In this document: one piece after another, positions 20,933 to 31,617 of the stretch | Layout of the letters: each line of letters starts with the position of its first letter | How positions within the stretch are numbered: position 1 is the stretch's first letter | NCBI GenBank assembly: GCA_036918135.1 | Contig: JBALDB010000032.1 | Span: forward strand, 32,001 to 96,000 | Length of the DNA stretch: 64,000 nt | Source of the DNA: Nostoc sp. | Lineage (GTDB): Bacteria; Cyanobacteriota; Cyanobacteriia; Cyanobacteriales; Nostocaceae | Direction: 5' to 3' | Position numbers and translations under genes: made by a program | Notes under the pieces: generated by a model | What the model was told of the DNA's origin: nothing | What the model saw: the letters and a program-made list of their open reading frames with translations, nothing else | Database searches by the model: none

Positions 20933-22594
20933 TTATTTTTCAATAAATTCTTTTACTACAGCCATAGCGTTAGGAGGAATCTGGGTAATTAAGCGAAATG
21001 GAAATGCCGGGGTTGAGGAAAAGTTTGCATAATCTGATGTCAGAAAGATAGCGTAGTTTTTTGCTTCTGGAGTCAGTTGTGCTGCAAACGCCAAAGTTAA
21101 GGCTTTAACTAACTTACGAACATCAGCTGCTTGTTCGCCGACAACTTCACCGCCGCTAATCGGGGTATTTGGTTGTCCTATTTGATCCATAGTAGTACTG
21201 GGGTCTTTCACACTTAGATGAGTACCTCCAACTACACCAACTAGCCATTTGGGGGATGGGATTTTGTCAAATCCGATAATTTGTTCGGTTAAAGCTGGGG
21301 TAGTTTTATCTGCCGAACTTGTCAAGACCAAAGTAGGAACTTGCACCTTAGTTAACCCAGTTTTGCCGAATATTAAAGAAGTTGTAGGGTTAAGAGCGAT
21401 CGCCCCTTTGATTCTAGTATCCCGTAATTGATAGCTATTTTCTGGCAGTTCTTGAGCGATGCACTGCATACCTTCTCCCAAACTCAAGATAGCCAAGTTC
21501 TGTTTGCAACGCTGTTTGAGACTTTCTAGTTGTAACTCGGCACCAGCAATTGCTAAAGCTGTACCACCACCAAATGAATAGCCAACAACCATCGCCTTGC
21601 TAGTTGTAAGTTTGCCAGCAAGGGGGTTATTAGCTGTTTGGTTGAGCTTTTCTAATTCGTCGAGAACAAAACTAATATCTTGAGGACGACGCAAAAATTC
21701 CTCAGGTTTGACAACTCTGGTTTTCCCTTGAAGTGCTAAATCGACATTGGTCGCATTACTACCAGGATGTTCTAAGGCTGCTACCACATAACCGTGAGAT
21801 GCTAAATGTTCTGCCAGATAGCGCAAGTCTGTGCGGACTGACCCGAAACCATGAGAAAAGACGATTACAGGTTTGTCAGGAGTTGCAGCAGTTGACCAGT
21901 AAACATCAACTGGAATATTGCGATTGTGCTTTTGGTCATTCAGATCTAACTTGAGTACTTTTACTTGAGCTGTTCCTGGTTGAGAGGGATCGAAAGGAAA
22001 AGCAATCTGGGGTGTTCTAGGGTGTGGTGTTAAGAGGTCAAGTTGAGGTGCGATCGCCAGCATAAATTGTTGGGTGCGCCAAAAAGCAGTATTCAAACTC
22101 CCTGCAACCTTAAAAGCCTGTGGTAAATTAATTTCTAAGCGTTTACTCGGATAAGCGGCAATAAAACTGAGTATAGAAAGACCTTTCGGTGTAGTAGAAC
22201 CCAATACCAATCCTGCTCGGAGTGCTTGTACTCCAGCTTTGTCCTTTCGGGCTAAGGCTGTAGCAAAGTTATTGAGAATACTTGTACCAATCTGGGTATT
22301 AATTAATTTATCAACGGTAACAACATTTACTGGTAGGTTCACATTTAACGCCCCTAAAAATAACTGACGTTGCTGTTGAGATAATCCTTTAGCGTAAGGC
22401 TGCAAACTTCCAGGTAATTTTCTAGTTTTTGCAGCCTTTTGCAATTCAGTAAGGGAGATAGCTTCTGTAAATAGACCAAAACGGACAACAACAGTGTCAG
22501 CAGCTTTTGCACAACTATTTGTACTGAACTGTGCCAGTACTATGGCGCACAAGAAACCGCCAAGTTTTTTTAGACTTACCCAACTTTTTGCCAT
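20933..22594 (-). CDS. Alpha/beta hydrolase (DUF1400 domain plus dienelactone-hydrolase-like domain)
   Basis: FSHGFG, HPGS and GYSFGG nucleophile elbow; start inferred. Confidence 0.85.
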   Translation of the reverse strand: MAKSWVSLKKLGGFLCAIVLAQFSTNSCAKAADTVVVRFGLFTEAISLTELQKAAKTRKLPGSLQPYAKGLSQQQRQLFLGALNVNLPVNVVTVDKLINTQIGTSILNNFATALARKDKAGVQALRAGLVLGSTTPKGLSILSFIAAYPSKRLEINLPQAFKVAGSLNTAFWRTQQFMLAIAPQLDLLTPHPRTPQIAFPFDPSQPGTAQVKVLKLDLNDQKHNRNIPVDVYWSTAATPDKPVIVFSHGFGSVRTDLRYLAEHLASHGYVVAALEHPGSNATNVDLALQGKTRVVKPEEFLRRPQDISFVLDELEKLNQTANNPLAGKLTTSKAMVVGYSFGGGTALAIAGAELQLESLKQRCKQNLAILSLGEGMQCIAQELPENSYQLRDTRIKGAIALNPTTSLIFGKTGLTKVQVPTLVLTSSADKTTPALTEQIIGFDKIPSPKWLVGVVGGTHLSVKDPSTTMDQIGQPNTPISGGEVVGEQAADVRKLVKALTLAFAAQLTPEAKNYAIFLTSDYANFSSTPAFPFRLITQIPPNAMAVVKEFIEK

Positions 22595-22996
22595 AAGAAT
22601 CTTCACCAAATCATACTTACGGGAATATAACCAATATTTGTGTATTTGACTACTCAATTAATTTACGTTCAAGAGAAATAAATTTTTTCTTAAACTTGAT
22701 AGCGATCGCCCTTAACTGGTAAAAATATATGCAGGTGCGATCGAAGCCCATCAAAAGCATCATAAATATAACCAACTGTACAATTCATTACAGCTAGAAA
22801 ATTGAGTAAAAATCGGTGTTAACAGCCACAAAAAACTGATTGTTTCTCAACTAAGTTTAAACAAATGTCTTTTGCGATTAGTCGTTTGTTAATCACTAAT
22901 GACTAATCTGTTGCAGGTGTATAGTCTTATTGCTATTGCTGCACTACCATTACTCCTCAAATTGCACCAATTGCACTAATACTTTTTCCTATTTTT

Positions 22997-23437
22997 ATGC
23001 GTCGCCTACTGATTTTTATTTTTATTTTCCTGCTTTCACTGAGTATTATTACACTATGGTGGCCTGTGAATGATTCGGCTTGCAATTTTGAAAGTTTTTT
23101 CGCATCAAAAACTACAAAAATTCAAATACAAGCCAGTAAAGTTGTTGTTCAACCTTGGCGTGGCGAACATAAATCATACGGAATATTTATGATTCCTGAT
23201 GAATACAAACAATCTAAATTTTTTGTGTTAACAGTCAAAGGTGCTGGCAATTATTGTTCAAGACAATTTGGTTATAAAAAAAAGTTTGATGATGTTTTTG
23301 CTCAGCCAGGAACTTATTTAGTGAGGAAGTTTATTAGAACTCGAACGGCTGTGCGGCTGATTCTCCAAGGTTTGTATTTTCAACTCAATGATAAAAACAA
23401 TTGGACATTAACTTTTCCTGAACCTAAAGCAAATTAA
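22997..23437 (+). CDS. Hypothetical protein with N-terminal membrane anchor
   Basis: 146 aa ORF with hydrophobic N-terminus. Confidence 0.6.
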   Translation: MRRLLIFIFIFLLSLSIITLWWPVNDSACNFESFFASKTTKIQIQASKVVVQPWRGEHKSYGIFMIPDEYKQSKFFVLTVKGAGNYCSRQFGYKKKFDDVFAQPGTYLVRKFIRTRTAVRLILQGLYFQLNDKNNWTLTFPEPKAN

Positions 23438-23537
23438 TGAATAATGTTTGATACAATACCTATATTTAGAATTAATGAAAATTACTGTAATATATAAAGT
23501 TGCTCTACCTCTAAATGTATTAATTAATAATTACGAA

Positions 23538-24575
23538 TTAGGTTGCTGGCTGAGTTACTAAAACTTCGTTTTTTTCTAATAAAGTGGTTGTAGCATTAAC
23601 TACAATCTGTGCTGCTCCTGTGAAAAACGAGCGATCGATAGTCGCTGGAACATCACTAGGTTGATGATAGTGTGGAGTACGCAAATTTGCGGTATCTGTT
23701 ACCAGTACAGCACCTACACCTTGATACCAAAACGCTGCATGGTCACTGCGTAGTGTGTCTGGTGTCAGTAAACCTTTGAGAGGAATCGGTAGTGTTAGAA
23801 CTGCTGGTAAACTCGATTTTTCTTTATTCTTCTCTAAGTTTTGAAAAGCATTCAGTAAAGGTAAATGTTCAGTATCACCTACTACCACTAAAAAATCACC
23901 CTTATTGCTAGGTGAGTTAACAGGCAATCCCGCAGGATATTTTTGACACCCAACAGTGTAACAAGCATAAGCTACCATATCCATGACAACTGCCCCGCCC
24001 AAATTTTCTAGGCGTGCTGTTTTCCTCACAAAAGCCTGACTACCTAAAAGTCCGGCTTCTTCTTGGTCAAAAAAAGCTAGCTGTAACGTCCGTGGTGTGG
24101 AACGGGAACCGAGTAACCGCGCAACTTCCAGCATTACGGCTACACCGCTGGCGTTATCATCCGCACCTGGAGAAAAAGCGACGGTATCGTAATGCGCTCC
24201 TACGAGAATAGCTTTAGCAGCTTTATTAGTTCCTACACGTTCGGCAAAAATATTCACTCCGTTGGTGAACTTTTCTAATTTGGGCTTCCAGCCGAATTTT
24301 TTTAGTTCATTTGTGATATATGTGCGAGTACGCGATCGCTCTGTTGTCGTGTAGCGCTGAAAATTCAAATTTTGGATATGAGTTAACAGCATGTCAGCAG
24401 ACACTTGTAAGGTACTGTCAACTTCCTGAAACTTTGGCTGTGGTTCGGGTGTTTCTGCTGGAATGCTCTGAACAATTGTTGGTGAGGGACGCTGTTCAAA
24501 AAAAGTGCTACCTCTGCTACCCAAGACTGCAACTACCATTAGCGCCAACAGCATCAGCCAAATCCATTTTCTCAT
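23538..24575 (-). CDS. M28 family peptidase
   Basis: GAHYD, GADDNASG, EE.GLLGS, SDH and YHQ..D motifs. Confidence 0.9.
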   Translation of the reverse strand: MRKWIWLMLLALMVVAVLGSRGSTFFEQRPSPTIVQSIPAETPEPQPKFQEVDSTLQVSADMLLTHIQNLNFQRYTTTERSRTRTYITNELKKFGWKPKLEKFTNGVNIFAERVGTNKAAKAILVGAHYDTVAFSPGADDNASGVAVMLEVARLLGSRSTPRTLQLAFFDQEEAGLLGSQAFVRKTARLENLGGAVVMDMVAYACYTVGCQKYPAGLPVNSPSNKGDFLVVVGDTEHLPLLNAFQNLEKNKEKSSLPAVLTLPIPLKGLLTPDTLRSDHAAFWYQGVGAVLVTDTANLRTPHYHQPSDVPATIDRSFFTGAAQIVVNATTTLLEKNEVLVTQPAT

Positions 24576-24720
24576 GTCATTTATCCTTGGCTTCCAGATT
24601 TAGGGTAGCGCAAATCCTCAGTCAGTCCAATTATTATTAAAAGGCAAAATTTTTAGCTAGTGCAGAGGCTATGCTTAATAACAAAAGCAATCTGTAGAAG
24701 AAAACTATACTCTAACTACA

Positions 24721-26958
24721 CTAACAATCAGAAGAATTAACTATACAAAACTTAAGCTCACTATTGTTCTGCTCAAGATTAGTCGGTTTAATTGGAGTAA
24801 CCAAAACCCTAATGTTTTTTTCATTGCGATCGCCATTTTCGTCAAAACTTACTCCTAAGCCACGAACTACACTACTTTCTGAATTAAATGTAGATAAATA
24901 ATCTTTTATGCTTGAGCGATCATTTCGTGCTCCTGACTGTAATATTTTGACCAATATTTTAGTTGCTTCATACGCCATAGCAGTTCTATAGTTTACGTCA
25001 CCATACCAGTATTTTTTATTTGCTTCCTCAGCAAAATCCTGCGCTCCAGTCTCCTTATGATGCCAGTCAACAGCAATAATTAACCGATTATTGAGTTGTA
25101 AATCTTTAAGATTATCTAAGGTATCCATTAGATAAAGCGAATTTGCACCCAAGATTAACTTGTTTGCACCTGTACGTTCAATCACGCCAATTGCTCTATC
25201 AAATTTATCAACTTGGTTTTTGCTCTCTTGTGTTTGACTATCCGTCTCTACTGTTTGACCATCAGGGAAAACAGCTAAGGCATCAGCTTCTCTAATTTTT
25301 CTTAAATCTTTTCTTAAACTATAGTCCGCTGCTAATAATGAATAGTTATTAATAACACGTCCTTTGTCATCTTTTTCTAAAGTATCTTTAAACTGCTCGA
25401 ATAGAGATTGACTGAAATTTTCTTTAGGGTTGTAAAAAACAATAATTTTAAGATGATGGGTTTTTCCACTTTTTTGCAACAAGTAATTGACCAGCGACTC
25501 AGCTTCTACTTTCGTTGAAGAGACGGTGCGAAAAAACACTTTATTAGAATCTCCACATTGTGAGCGCATATTAAACATAGTGCTACCTGGAGAAATCACA
25601 ACAAGATTGCCTTCGGTATATTTTGGTAGAGCAGAACAGGTGCTACTAGAAGCATAATGTCCTACAACAGCAATAACATCTTTTTGGTTCTTGGCGATTT
25701 CATTTGCTATATTCTTAGCTTGAGATTCTTCGTTGCCATCATCAGCAATTAATACTTGTAAATTTACTAATTCTGAATCTTCTAGTGGATTAACAGCTTG
25801 ATCTTGTGCTTGAGCAACTCCAAGTAAAATTTGACTTCCAGCACCAGAAGATATTTTTATCGGAGCCGCAACAGCAATTGTGTAAAGAGTCGATTCTGGT
25901 CGATTAATATGATTCAGTTGTGCTTGAGCGTTATTACCAAATATCAAAATTTCAGGATCTTTTAAAACTTTTAGAGCCGCATCTTTTTCAACGTTTGTAG
26001 CAGAAGTATCATTAGGATATCTCTCTACAACACTTTTAGCATCTTCTCGAATTTTCTTAAATATTTCAGATGCTTTCCGATAATGCTCTTTTTTTAATTC
26101 TTGCACCCCTGATTCTTTAGCCTTTTCTAATTCTTGCATCCCTGATTTTTTATCAAAGTCATATTTCGTGGCAGGCTTAGCCTGTCTAGGAGCAAGGAGA
26201 GATTTTTCCCCAAAGCTAATCAAATTTTCCACCTGAAAGGTAGGTTGTGGATTATCTATTGGAGCAGGGGGAAATAGTTTTGATTTGAGAAGGGAAGCAA
26301 TTAAGAGAATAACTAACAGACTGATAATTTTTAACCCTACCTGCCGATCAAAACGGTAGCGTCTGCGAAATAACAGAATCTTGACTCTTCTAGTAATCTT
26401 ATCTAACCATGATGGTTCGGAAGGTGGTATAACAGGGACAGGATTTTCATTAGGTATAGGGAGTACGGGTTTGCGTTTATTACGCAGACCTTCAACTACC
26501 CGTCTAATTCCTTTCGCTACATCAGTTAAAGAATCATCCTTTAAACAATCCTTACAGATAACAGGTTTACCATTTTTCGGCAAAGCCTGAAGATTGCTAA
26601 GAGGCTGATATTTCCAATCGCAGTGACGAAGAATAACAGGAATGACACAAACTTCACCGCGATTGTGTCGATCCAGTGCGATCGACATTTCAATATTATA
26701 ACAATAATTTGAGGCCAGAAAATCTGCGCTAACCAGTAGTAAGACAATATCTGCTGTCCTCAACCGATCTTCAATTTCATTTTGCCAGTTTGATCCAGGC
26801 TCAATGAGTCGATCGTACCAAATTGTAATAGAACGCAAATTGATAAGATGAGCGAGATGCCTTACCAATTCATCCTGCAGCGGTTCGTCTTCGCGGGAGT
26901 AACAAAAAAATACTTTAAGCGCCTCATCTACTACTCCAGAGAATGAGCGTGAATTCAT
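24721..26958 (-). CDS. TIR domain + transmembrane helix + type-1 periplasmic ligand-binding domain fusion
   Basis: N-terminal VFFCYS..D, W.DR.I.PG and LLVSADFLAS.YC..IEM; hydrophobic helix ISLLVILLIASLL; C-terminal GVAQAQ, IADD.N, AVVGHYAS and FFRTV. Confidence 0.8.
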   Translation of the reverse strand: MNSRSFSGVVDEALKVFFCYSREDEPLQDELVRHLAHLINLRSITIWYDRLIEPGSNWQNEIEDRLRTADIVLLLVSADFLASNYCYNIEMSIALDRHNRGEVCVIPVILRHCDWKYQPLSNLQALPKNGKPVICKDCLKDDSLTDVAKGIRRVVEGLRNKRKPVLPIPNENPVPVIPPSEPSWLDKITRRVKILLFRRRYRFDRQVGLKIISLLVILLIASLLKSKLFPPAPIDNPQPTFQVENLISFGEKSLLAPRQAKPATKYDFDKKSGMQELEKAKESGVQELKKEHYRKASEIFKKIREDAKSVVERYPNDTSATNVEKDAALKVLKDPEILIFGNNAQAQLNHINRPESTLYTIAVAAPIKISSGAGSQILLGVAQAQDQAVNPLEDSELVNLQVLIADDGNEESQAKNIANEIAKNQKDVIAVVGHYASSSTCSALPKYTEGNLVVISPGSTMFNMRSQCGDSNKVFFRTVSSTKVEAESLVNYLLQKSGKTHHLKIIVFYNPKENFSQSLFEQFKDTLEKDDKGRVINNYSLLAADYSLRKDLRKIREADALAVFPDGQTVETDSQTQESKNQVDKFDRAIGVIERTGANKLILGANSLYLMDTLDNLKDLQLNNRLIIAVDWHHKETGAQDFAEEANKKYWYGDVNYRTAMAYEATKILVKILQSGARNDRSSIKDYLSTFNSESSVVRGLGVSFDENGDRNEKNIRVLVTPIKPTNLEQNNSELKFCIVNSSDC

Positions 26959-27284
26959 TTTTAGTTCTAAATCTAGTAGCGATTATTCTGGCAAAAACTT
27001 ATTATACATTGAGACTCTTTACGTGGGAATATTGAGTTTTATATAAAACAAATATATTTGTTTTATCGGCTTTTGGGCAAAAGAACTAATTCCCTAAAAT
27101 AAACATCAAGTTTGACAACTTGTCTTTTGACACAGAACGCAACTTCACTTACAGTACCCCACTAGAGGAGTGCTGAGTACTGAGTACTGAGCAAAGAGGA
27201 AGAAAAAACAATTTCTTCTTTTAATTCTTTAAAATCTTTATTTCAATACTCAAAATTGATGGCTCAGAACTCAGGACTTTTTTT

Positions 27285-28556
27285 ATGGTAGATTTATTGC
27301 CGATCGCAATTCTGGGGTTCCTGGGTAGTTTTGGGCATTGTTTTGGGATGTGTGGCCCCCTAACAGTGGCGTTTTCCCTGTCTCATCAGCCAAAAATTCC
27401 TCACACAGCTTCCCGTGGACGGACATCAACTTTAGAAAAGTCGAACACTCACCAACAGCAATTAAAATTTCATATCCTGCTAAATCTGGGACGAATGCTG
27501 AGCTATGCTCTAGTCGGTGCAGGTATTGGGGCGCTGGGTTCGGTATTGCTGCAAGGTGGACAGCTAGCGGGTGTTGGCAGCGATTTCCGGCGCTGGATGG
27601 CAATTATAACTGGTGTAATGCTGATTTGGTTTGGGTTAGGACAAATAAAACCCGATTTGCTGCCGCGCATTCCCGTATTACATCCCCTATTAAAGGGCAG
27701 TTTACACGATCGCCTCAGCACCGCAATGGTCAAACTTTCTTTAAAAACGAAATGGTGGACGCCATTACTTTTAGGAATGACTTGGGGTTTAATGCCTTGT
27801 GGTTTCTTGTATGCTGCCCAAATTAAAGCCGCCCAAACTGGCAATTTATGGATGGGTGGGGCTACTATGCTGGCTTTTGGCTTGGGAACCCTACCCACGA
27901 TGCTAGGTGTCGGCGTCTCTACCTCTTTGGTGAGTAAAGACAGGCGCAGTCAGTTATTTCGATTAGGTGGTTGGGTTACCCTCGCCATTGGCGGCATCAC
28001 CTTGCTGCGGACTGGGAACACGATGGTAGATTACACCGGACACGCCGCTTTACTCTGCTTAATTTTGGCTTTAATTGCCCGTCCGATTAGTGGCTTGTGG
28101 GCGTCACCTCTGCGTTACCGTCGCGCCTTGGGTGTAGGAGCTTTTGTACTATCTGTGGTTCACACCCTCCACATGCTCGAACACTCATTGCAATGGAATT
28201 TTGCCGCTTTTTCTTTCCTGCCACCAGAATTTCAGTGGGGGATGGCTGCGGGTGCTGTAGCATTGATATTAATGTCCCCCGCCGCTTTAACGAGTTGGGA
28301 ATCATTGCAGAAATCTTTGGGCAAGCGTTGGCGACAGATTCATCTATTGGGTGTGCCAGCTTTGCTTTTGAGTGCTATTCATGCTGTGTTGATTGGTACC
28401 CATTATTTGGGTTCCTTACAATCAACTTGGGGAAATAAATTAGCGGCAGTACTGATGGTAATTGTTACCCTCGGTGTTTTATTAGTGCGATCGCGCTTTT
28501 TTTGGTCAAAGTTAGCCCTAGAAAAGTTTTATGTTCCCCCAACAAAATCACGGTAA
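27285..28556 (+). CDS. DsbD_2/TauE-like membrane protein fused to a ferric-reductase-like transmembrane domain
   Basis: GHCFGMCGP and G.MPCGFLY motifs; C-terminal RRALGV, H and W..IH MsrQ-like pattern. Confidence 0.75.
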   Translation: MVDLLPIAILGFLGSFGHCFGMCGPLTVAFSLSHQPKIPHTASRGRTSTLEKSNTHQQQLKFHILLNLGRMLSYALVGAGIGALGSVLLQGGQLAGVGSDFRRWMAIITGVMLIWFGLGQIKPDLLPRIPVLHPLLKGSLHDRLSTAMVKLSLKTKWWTPLLLGMTWGLMPCGFLYAAQIKAAQTGNLWMGGATMLAFGLGTLPTMLGVGVSTSLVSKDRRSQLFRLGGWVTLAIGGITLLRTGNTMVDYTGHAALLCLILALIARPISGLWASPLRYRRALGVGAFVLSVVHTLHMLEHSLQWNFAAFSFLPPEFQWGMAAGAVALILMSPAALTSWESLQKSLGKRWRQIHLLGVPALLLSAIHAVLIGTHYLGSLQSTWGNKLAAVLMVIVTLGVLLVRSRFFWSKLALEKFYVPPTKSR

Positions 28557-29211
28557 ATCATTCTTATTTTCTGGCTCCGTCCCAACGAGTCAAAAACAGA
28601 GGCGTTACCTCAACAAAGCAACAATCAAGTATTTATTATTCCTGAGTTGCTTAACTATATCAATAACTAATTTGTACCCTGCTGCTGCTCATGAAGTGGA
28701 AGTAGCTGGAGATGTCGGTGGTACTCTCCACATTGAACCAAATGATAATCCCCGTGCTGGAGAACCCAGCCAGGCCTGGTTTGCCCTTACCCGCAGGGGT
28801 GGAAAGGTAATTCCCTTGGCACAATGTAATTGTCGGTTGGCTGTTTATGCCGAACCTTATGCACAGGGAGAGCCACCACTTTTAGAACCAAGCTTAAAAT
28901 CTGTGGCAGCTGAGCGTTATCAAGGTATCCCAGGTGCAGAAGTTGTCTTTCCCAAAGCAGGAATTTATGAGTTGCAATTGAATGGTAGACCAACCTCTGG
29001 CGCAAGATTCAAACCCTTCGAGTTGAAATTTGAAGTTACAGTGGCAGGAGGGTCTACAGAAAATACACGAAACTTGCGAGATGTCAATGGTGATGTAGCC
29101 GAGGACGAAAATAGAAGTTTACCATTTTGGGCGATCGCTCTACCAATCTTCGGATTTCTCGCTATCTTATTTGTTGCACTACGAGGAATCAGAGGAGGGA
29201 GTGGGGAGTAG
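28531..29211 (+). CDS. Hypothetical secreted or membrane-anchored protein, possibly metal-related
   Basis: Signal-like AAAH, HIEPND motif and C-terminal TM helix; overlaps the upstream gene. Confidence 0.6.
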   Translation: MFPQQNHGKSFLFSGSVPTSQKQRRYLNKATIKYLLFLSCLTISITNLYPAAAHEVEVAGDVGGTLHIEPNDNPRAGEPSQAWFALTRRGGKVIPLAQCNCRLAVYAEPYAQGEPPLLEPSLKSVAAERYQGIPGAEVVFPKAGIYELQLNGRPTSGARFKPFELKFEVTVAGGSTENTRNLRDVNGDVAEDENRSLPFWAIALPIFGFLAILFVALRGIRGGSGE

Positions 29212-29341
29212 AAAATTGGGAGAGGGGAGAAACAACAGAGCAATTTTTCTTCCTTATCTCCTTCATTCCCACACCATCCTCTGTGCTAGTAGTTGAAGTT
29301 GTCATCCCTGGAATTCGGGCTTTTAGCTAGCAAGATAATTT

Positions 29342-29737
29342 TTAATCATGTTGAAGAGAATTTTTTTGCAGCCATTTGGCTATTGATTCTTGAGTTTCTT
29401 TATCGGTTGCAAGTCGTTCTATCATTAAGACAACTTCCATCTCTGAAATATTCAGTGAATATCCATTTAATTCAAGAAAGGTAGCCATCGTTACGAAAGC
29501 TACCCGTTTATTACCATCTACAAATGCATGATTTTTAGCAAACCCATAGGCATAAGCAGCAGCTAAATCAAATATCGTGGGTGTTGGCTCACCATAAGCA
29601 AACAAATTCTTAGGTCTATCTAAACAAGCTAAAAACAAATTGTTATCTCTTATACCTGTAAGACCACCATGCTGTGCTAATTAGTCTTCATGCATAGCTC
29701 TAACAATTGTTTCATCTAACCAGAAAAGCTCCCTCAC
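29342..29737 (-). pseudogene. doc: Doc (Fic-family) toxin with premature TAA at codon 19
   Basis: GTG start overlaps the antitoxin stop; ..MHED*LAQHGG..GIRD; HAFVDGNKR motif; TAA at 29681-29683. Confidence 0.8.
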
Positions 29738-29958
29738 TTTGCTAGTTCATGAAGTGCATTCCTATATTTAGTACTGACTTTTCTGTAAGCTGACATCGCC
29801 TTTTCAAAATCAGGGTTACAGGCAGTTAGGTGAATACCAGAGGGAGTTTCTGTGACAAATACGTTGTCCCCTTCTCTTATTCTCAGTTTTTGGAGAGCTT
29901 CTTTGGGTAGTGTTACACCTAAGGAGTTTCCAACTCTACGAATTTTTAAGGTGTACAT
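29734..29958 (-). CDS. AbrB/MazE-family antitoxin
   Basis: RRVGNSLGVTLPKE and YRNALHELAK; directly upstream of doc. Confidence 0.85.
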   Translation of the reverse strand: MYTLKIRRVGNSLGVTLPKEALQKLRIREGDNVFVTETPSGIHLTACNPDFEKAMSAYRKVSTKYRNALHELAK

Positions 29959-30135
29959 AAATTAATCGGCTCTTGAAAGAAGTAATACTATTGTAATGAC
30001 ACATTTTTGTAACCTGCTTACAAAGTCAAAACTCATCGCATTGTGTTTTTGCTGTCTTACTTTAGCCTTCCACATCTCAAGGATAGTTTTAAGAGCTTCA
30101 AAAACAAATTGTACATCTAGCCACGGCTGATGCTA

Positions 30136-31140
30136 TCAAGTCGAATGATGTCGCTGTTGATGCCACTGCCACGCATGAGCGACAATATCTTTGATGGATG
30201 GGTACTGAGGTTGCCAGCCTAAGATTGTTCTGGCTTGCTCGCTAGTACCAATGAGAATTGGGGGATCGCCAGGACGGCGTTCGCGTTCTTCAACTTTTAT
30301 ACTAGCTTTTGTCACTGCCTCGGCTGCTGCAATCACTTCTCTCACAGAAAAGCCGCTACCATTACCTAAATTAAAAACTTCGCTATCGCCACCTTTTAAT
30401 AAATATTCCAATCCTAAAATATGAGCATCTGCTAAGTCATTTACATGAATATAATCACGAATACAAGTACCATCAGGCGTGGGATAATCTGTGCCGAAAA
30501 TTGAGATAGATTCTCGTTTGCCTAAGGCTGTCATCAACACCAAGGGAATCAAATGGGTTTCTGGATTGTGATCCTCGCCCAGCAAACCATCGGGATTAGC
30601 ACCAGCAGCATTAAAATAGCGGAAACGCACTGATTTTAAACCGTAAGCCACATCAAAATCAGTAAGAATCCGTTCTACCATCAGCTTCGTAGCACCATAG
30701 GGATTAATCGGATTTTGGGGATGGGTTTCTGGAATCGGTACGAATTCCGGTACACCATAGGTGGCACAAGTCGAAGAAAAGACAAATTTATTAACAGAAG
30801 CCGTTAACATGGCTTCCAACAAAGTCAGAGTCCCAAGGACGTTATTGCGGTAATATTTGGCTGGGTCAGTCACGGATTCTCCCACGTAGGCATAGGCAGA
30901 AAAGTGCATCACAGCAGCAATATCGTGGGTTTTGAATAGGTTATCGAGCAAAGGGCGATCGCTTGTATCGCCTACTAATAGTTCTACTTGTAAAACCTTT
31001 TCTACTAAGTCACGATGCCCATATACCAAATTATCAAGAATGATGACGTTATAACCCGCTTGCTTGAGAGCAAGTACCGTATGGGAGCCAATATATCCAG
31101 CTCCGCCTGTGACCAAGATAGTAGGCTTTCCAGACAACAT
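30136..31140 (-). CDS. galE: UDP-glucose 4-epimerase
   Basis: GGAGYIGSH, YGATK, RYFNAAGA and DGTCIRDYIHV motifs. Confidence 0.95.
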   Translation of the reverse strand: MLSGKPTILVTGGAGYIGSHTVLALKQAGYNVIILDNLVYGHRDLVEKVLQVELLVGDTSDRPLLDNLFKTHDIAAVMHFSAYAYVGESVTDPAKYYRNNVLGTLTLLEAMLTASVNKFVFSSTCATYGVPEFVPIPETHPQNPINPYGATKLMVERILTDFDVAYGLKSVRFRYFNAAGANPDGLLGEDHNPETHLIPLVLMTALGKRESISIFGTDYPTPDGTCIRDYIHVNDLADAHILGLEYLLKGGDSEVFNLGNGSGFSVREVIAAAEAVTKASIKVEERERRPGDPPILIGTSEQARTILGWQPQYPSIKDIVAHAWQWHQQRHHST

Positions 31141-31617
31141 AGTTTTTCCTTTTAAGTTAACAATTACCCAATTAATTTAATTTACTGGTGCCACATTACT
31201 CTTCTGGAAATTTATAAATAATAGACGCAGTGTCAAAAAATTGCACTAAAATCACTACGACGGTAGTCTTTCGGTGTGAGGTTGAGGTGTTTTAAGTCAA
31301 ACGGTGCAATTACTATTTGACGATAAAATAAATCCATTTCCCGAAACCTCTAGGCTAGCTCTTACAGGTTAGCCAGTTGACACCAGTTGCTCGTAGGGAG
31401 CTACTAAGTTGTTCGGTATTTCCCGCTCAACAGACTGTCTCCATAAGAATACACTGGTTAATTTACGTCGGGAAACCATTTTGGCAGTTCCTTGTGGGCA
31501 GCCATAACCTTGGCAGGCAATGCCTGATTTCAAGCAAGTGGCGCAAAAACCCCGCTTCAAATGGACTGCTTTACCACCGCACTGGCTCACCGCACCAGAA
31601 AATTTGAGAGTTAATCT

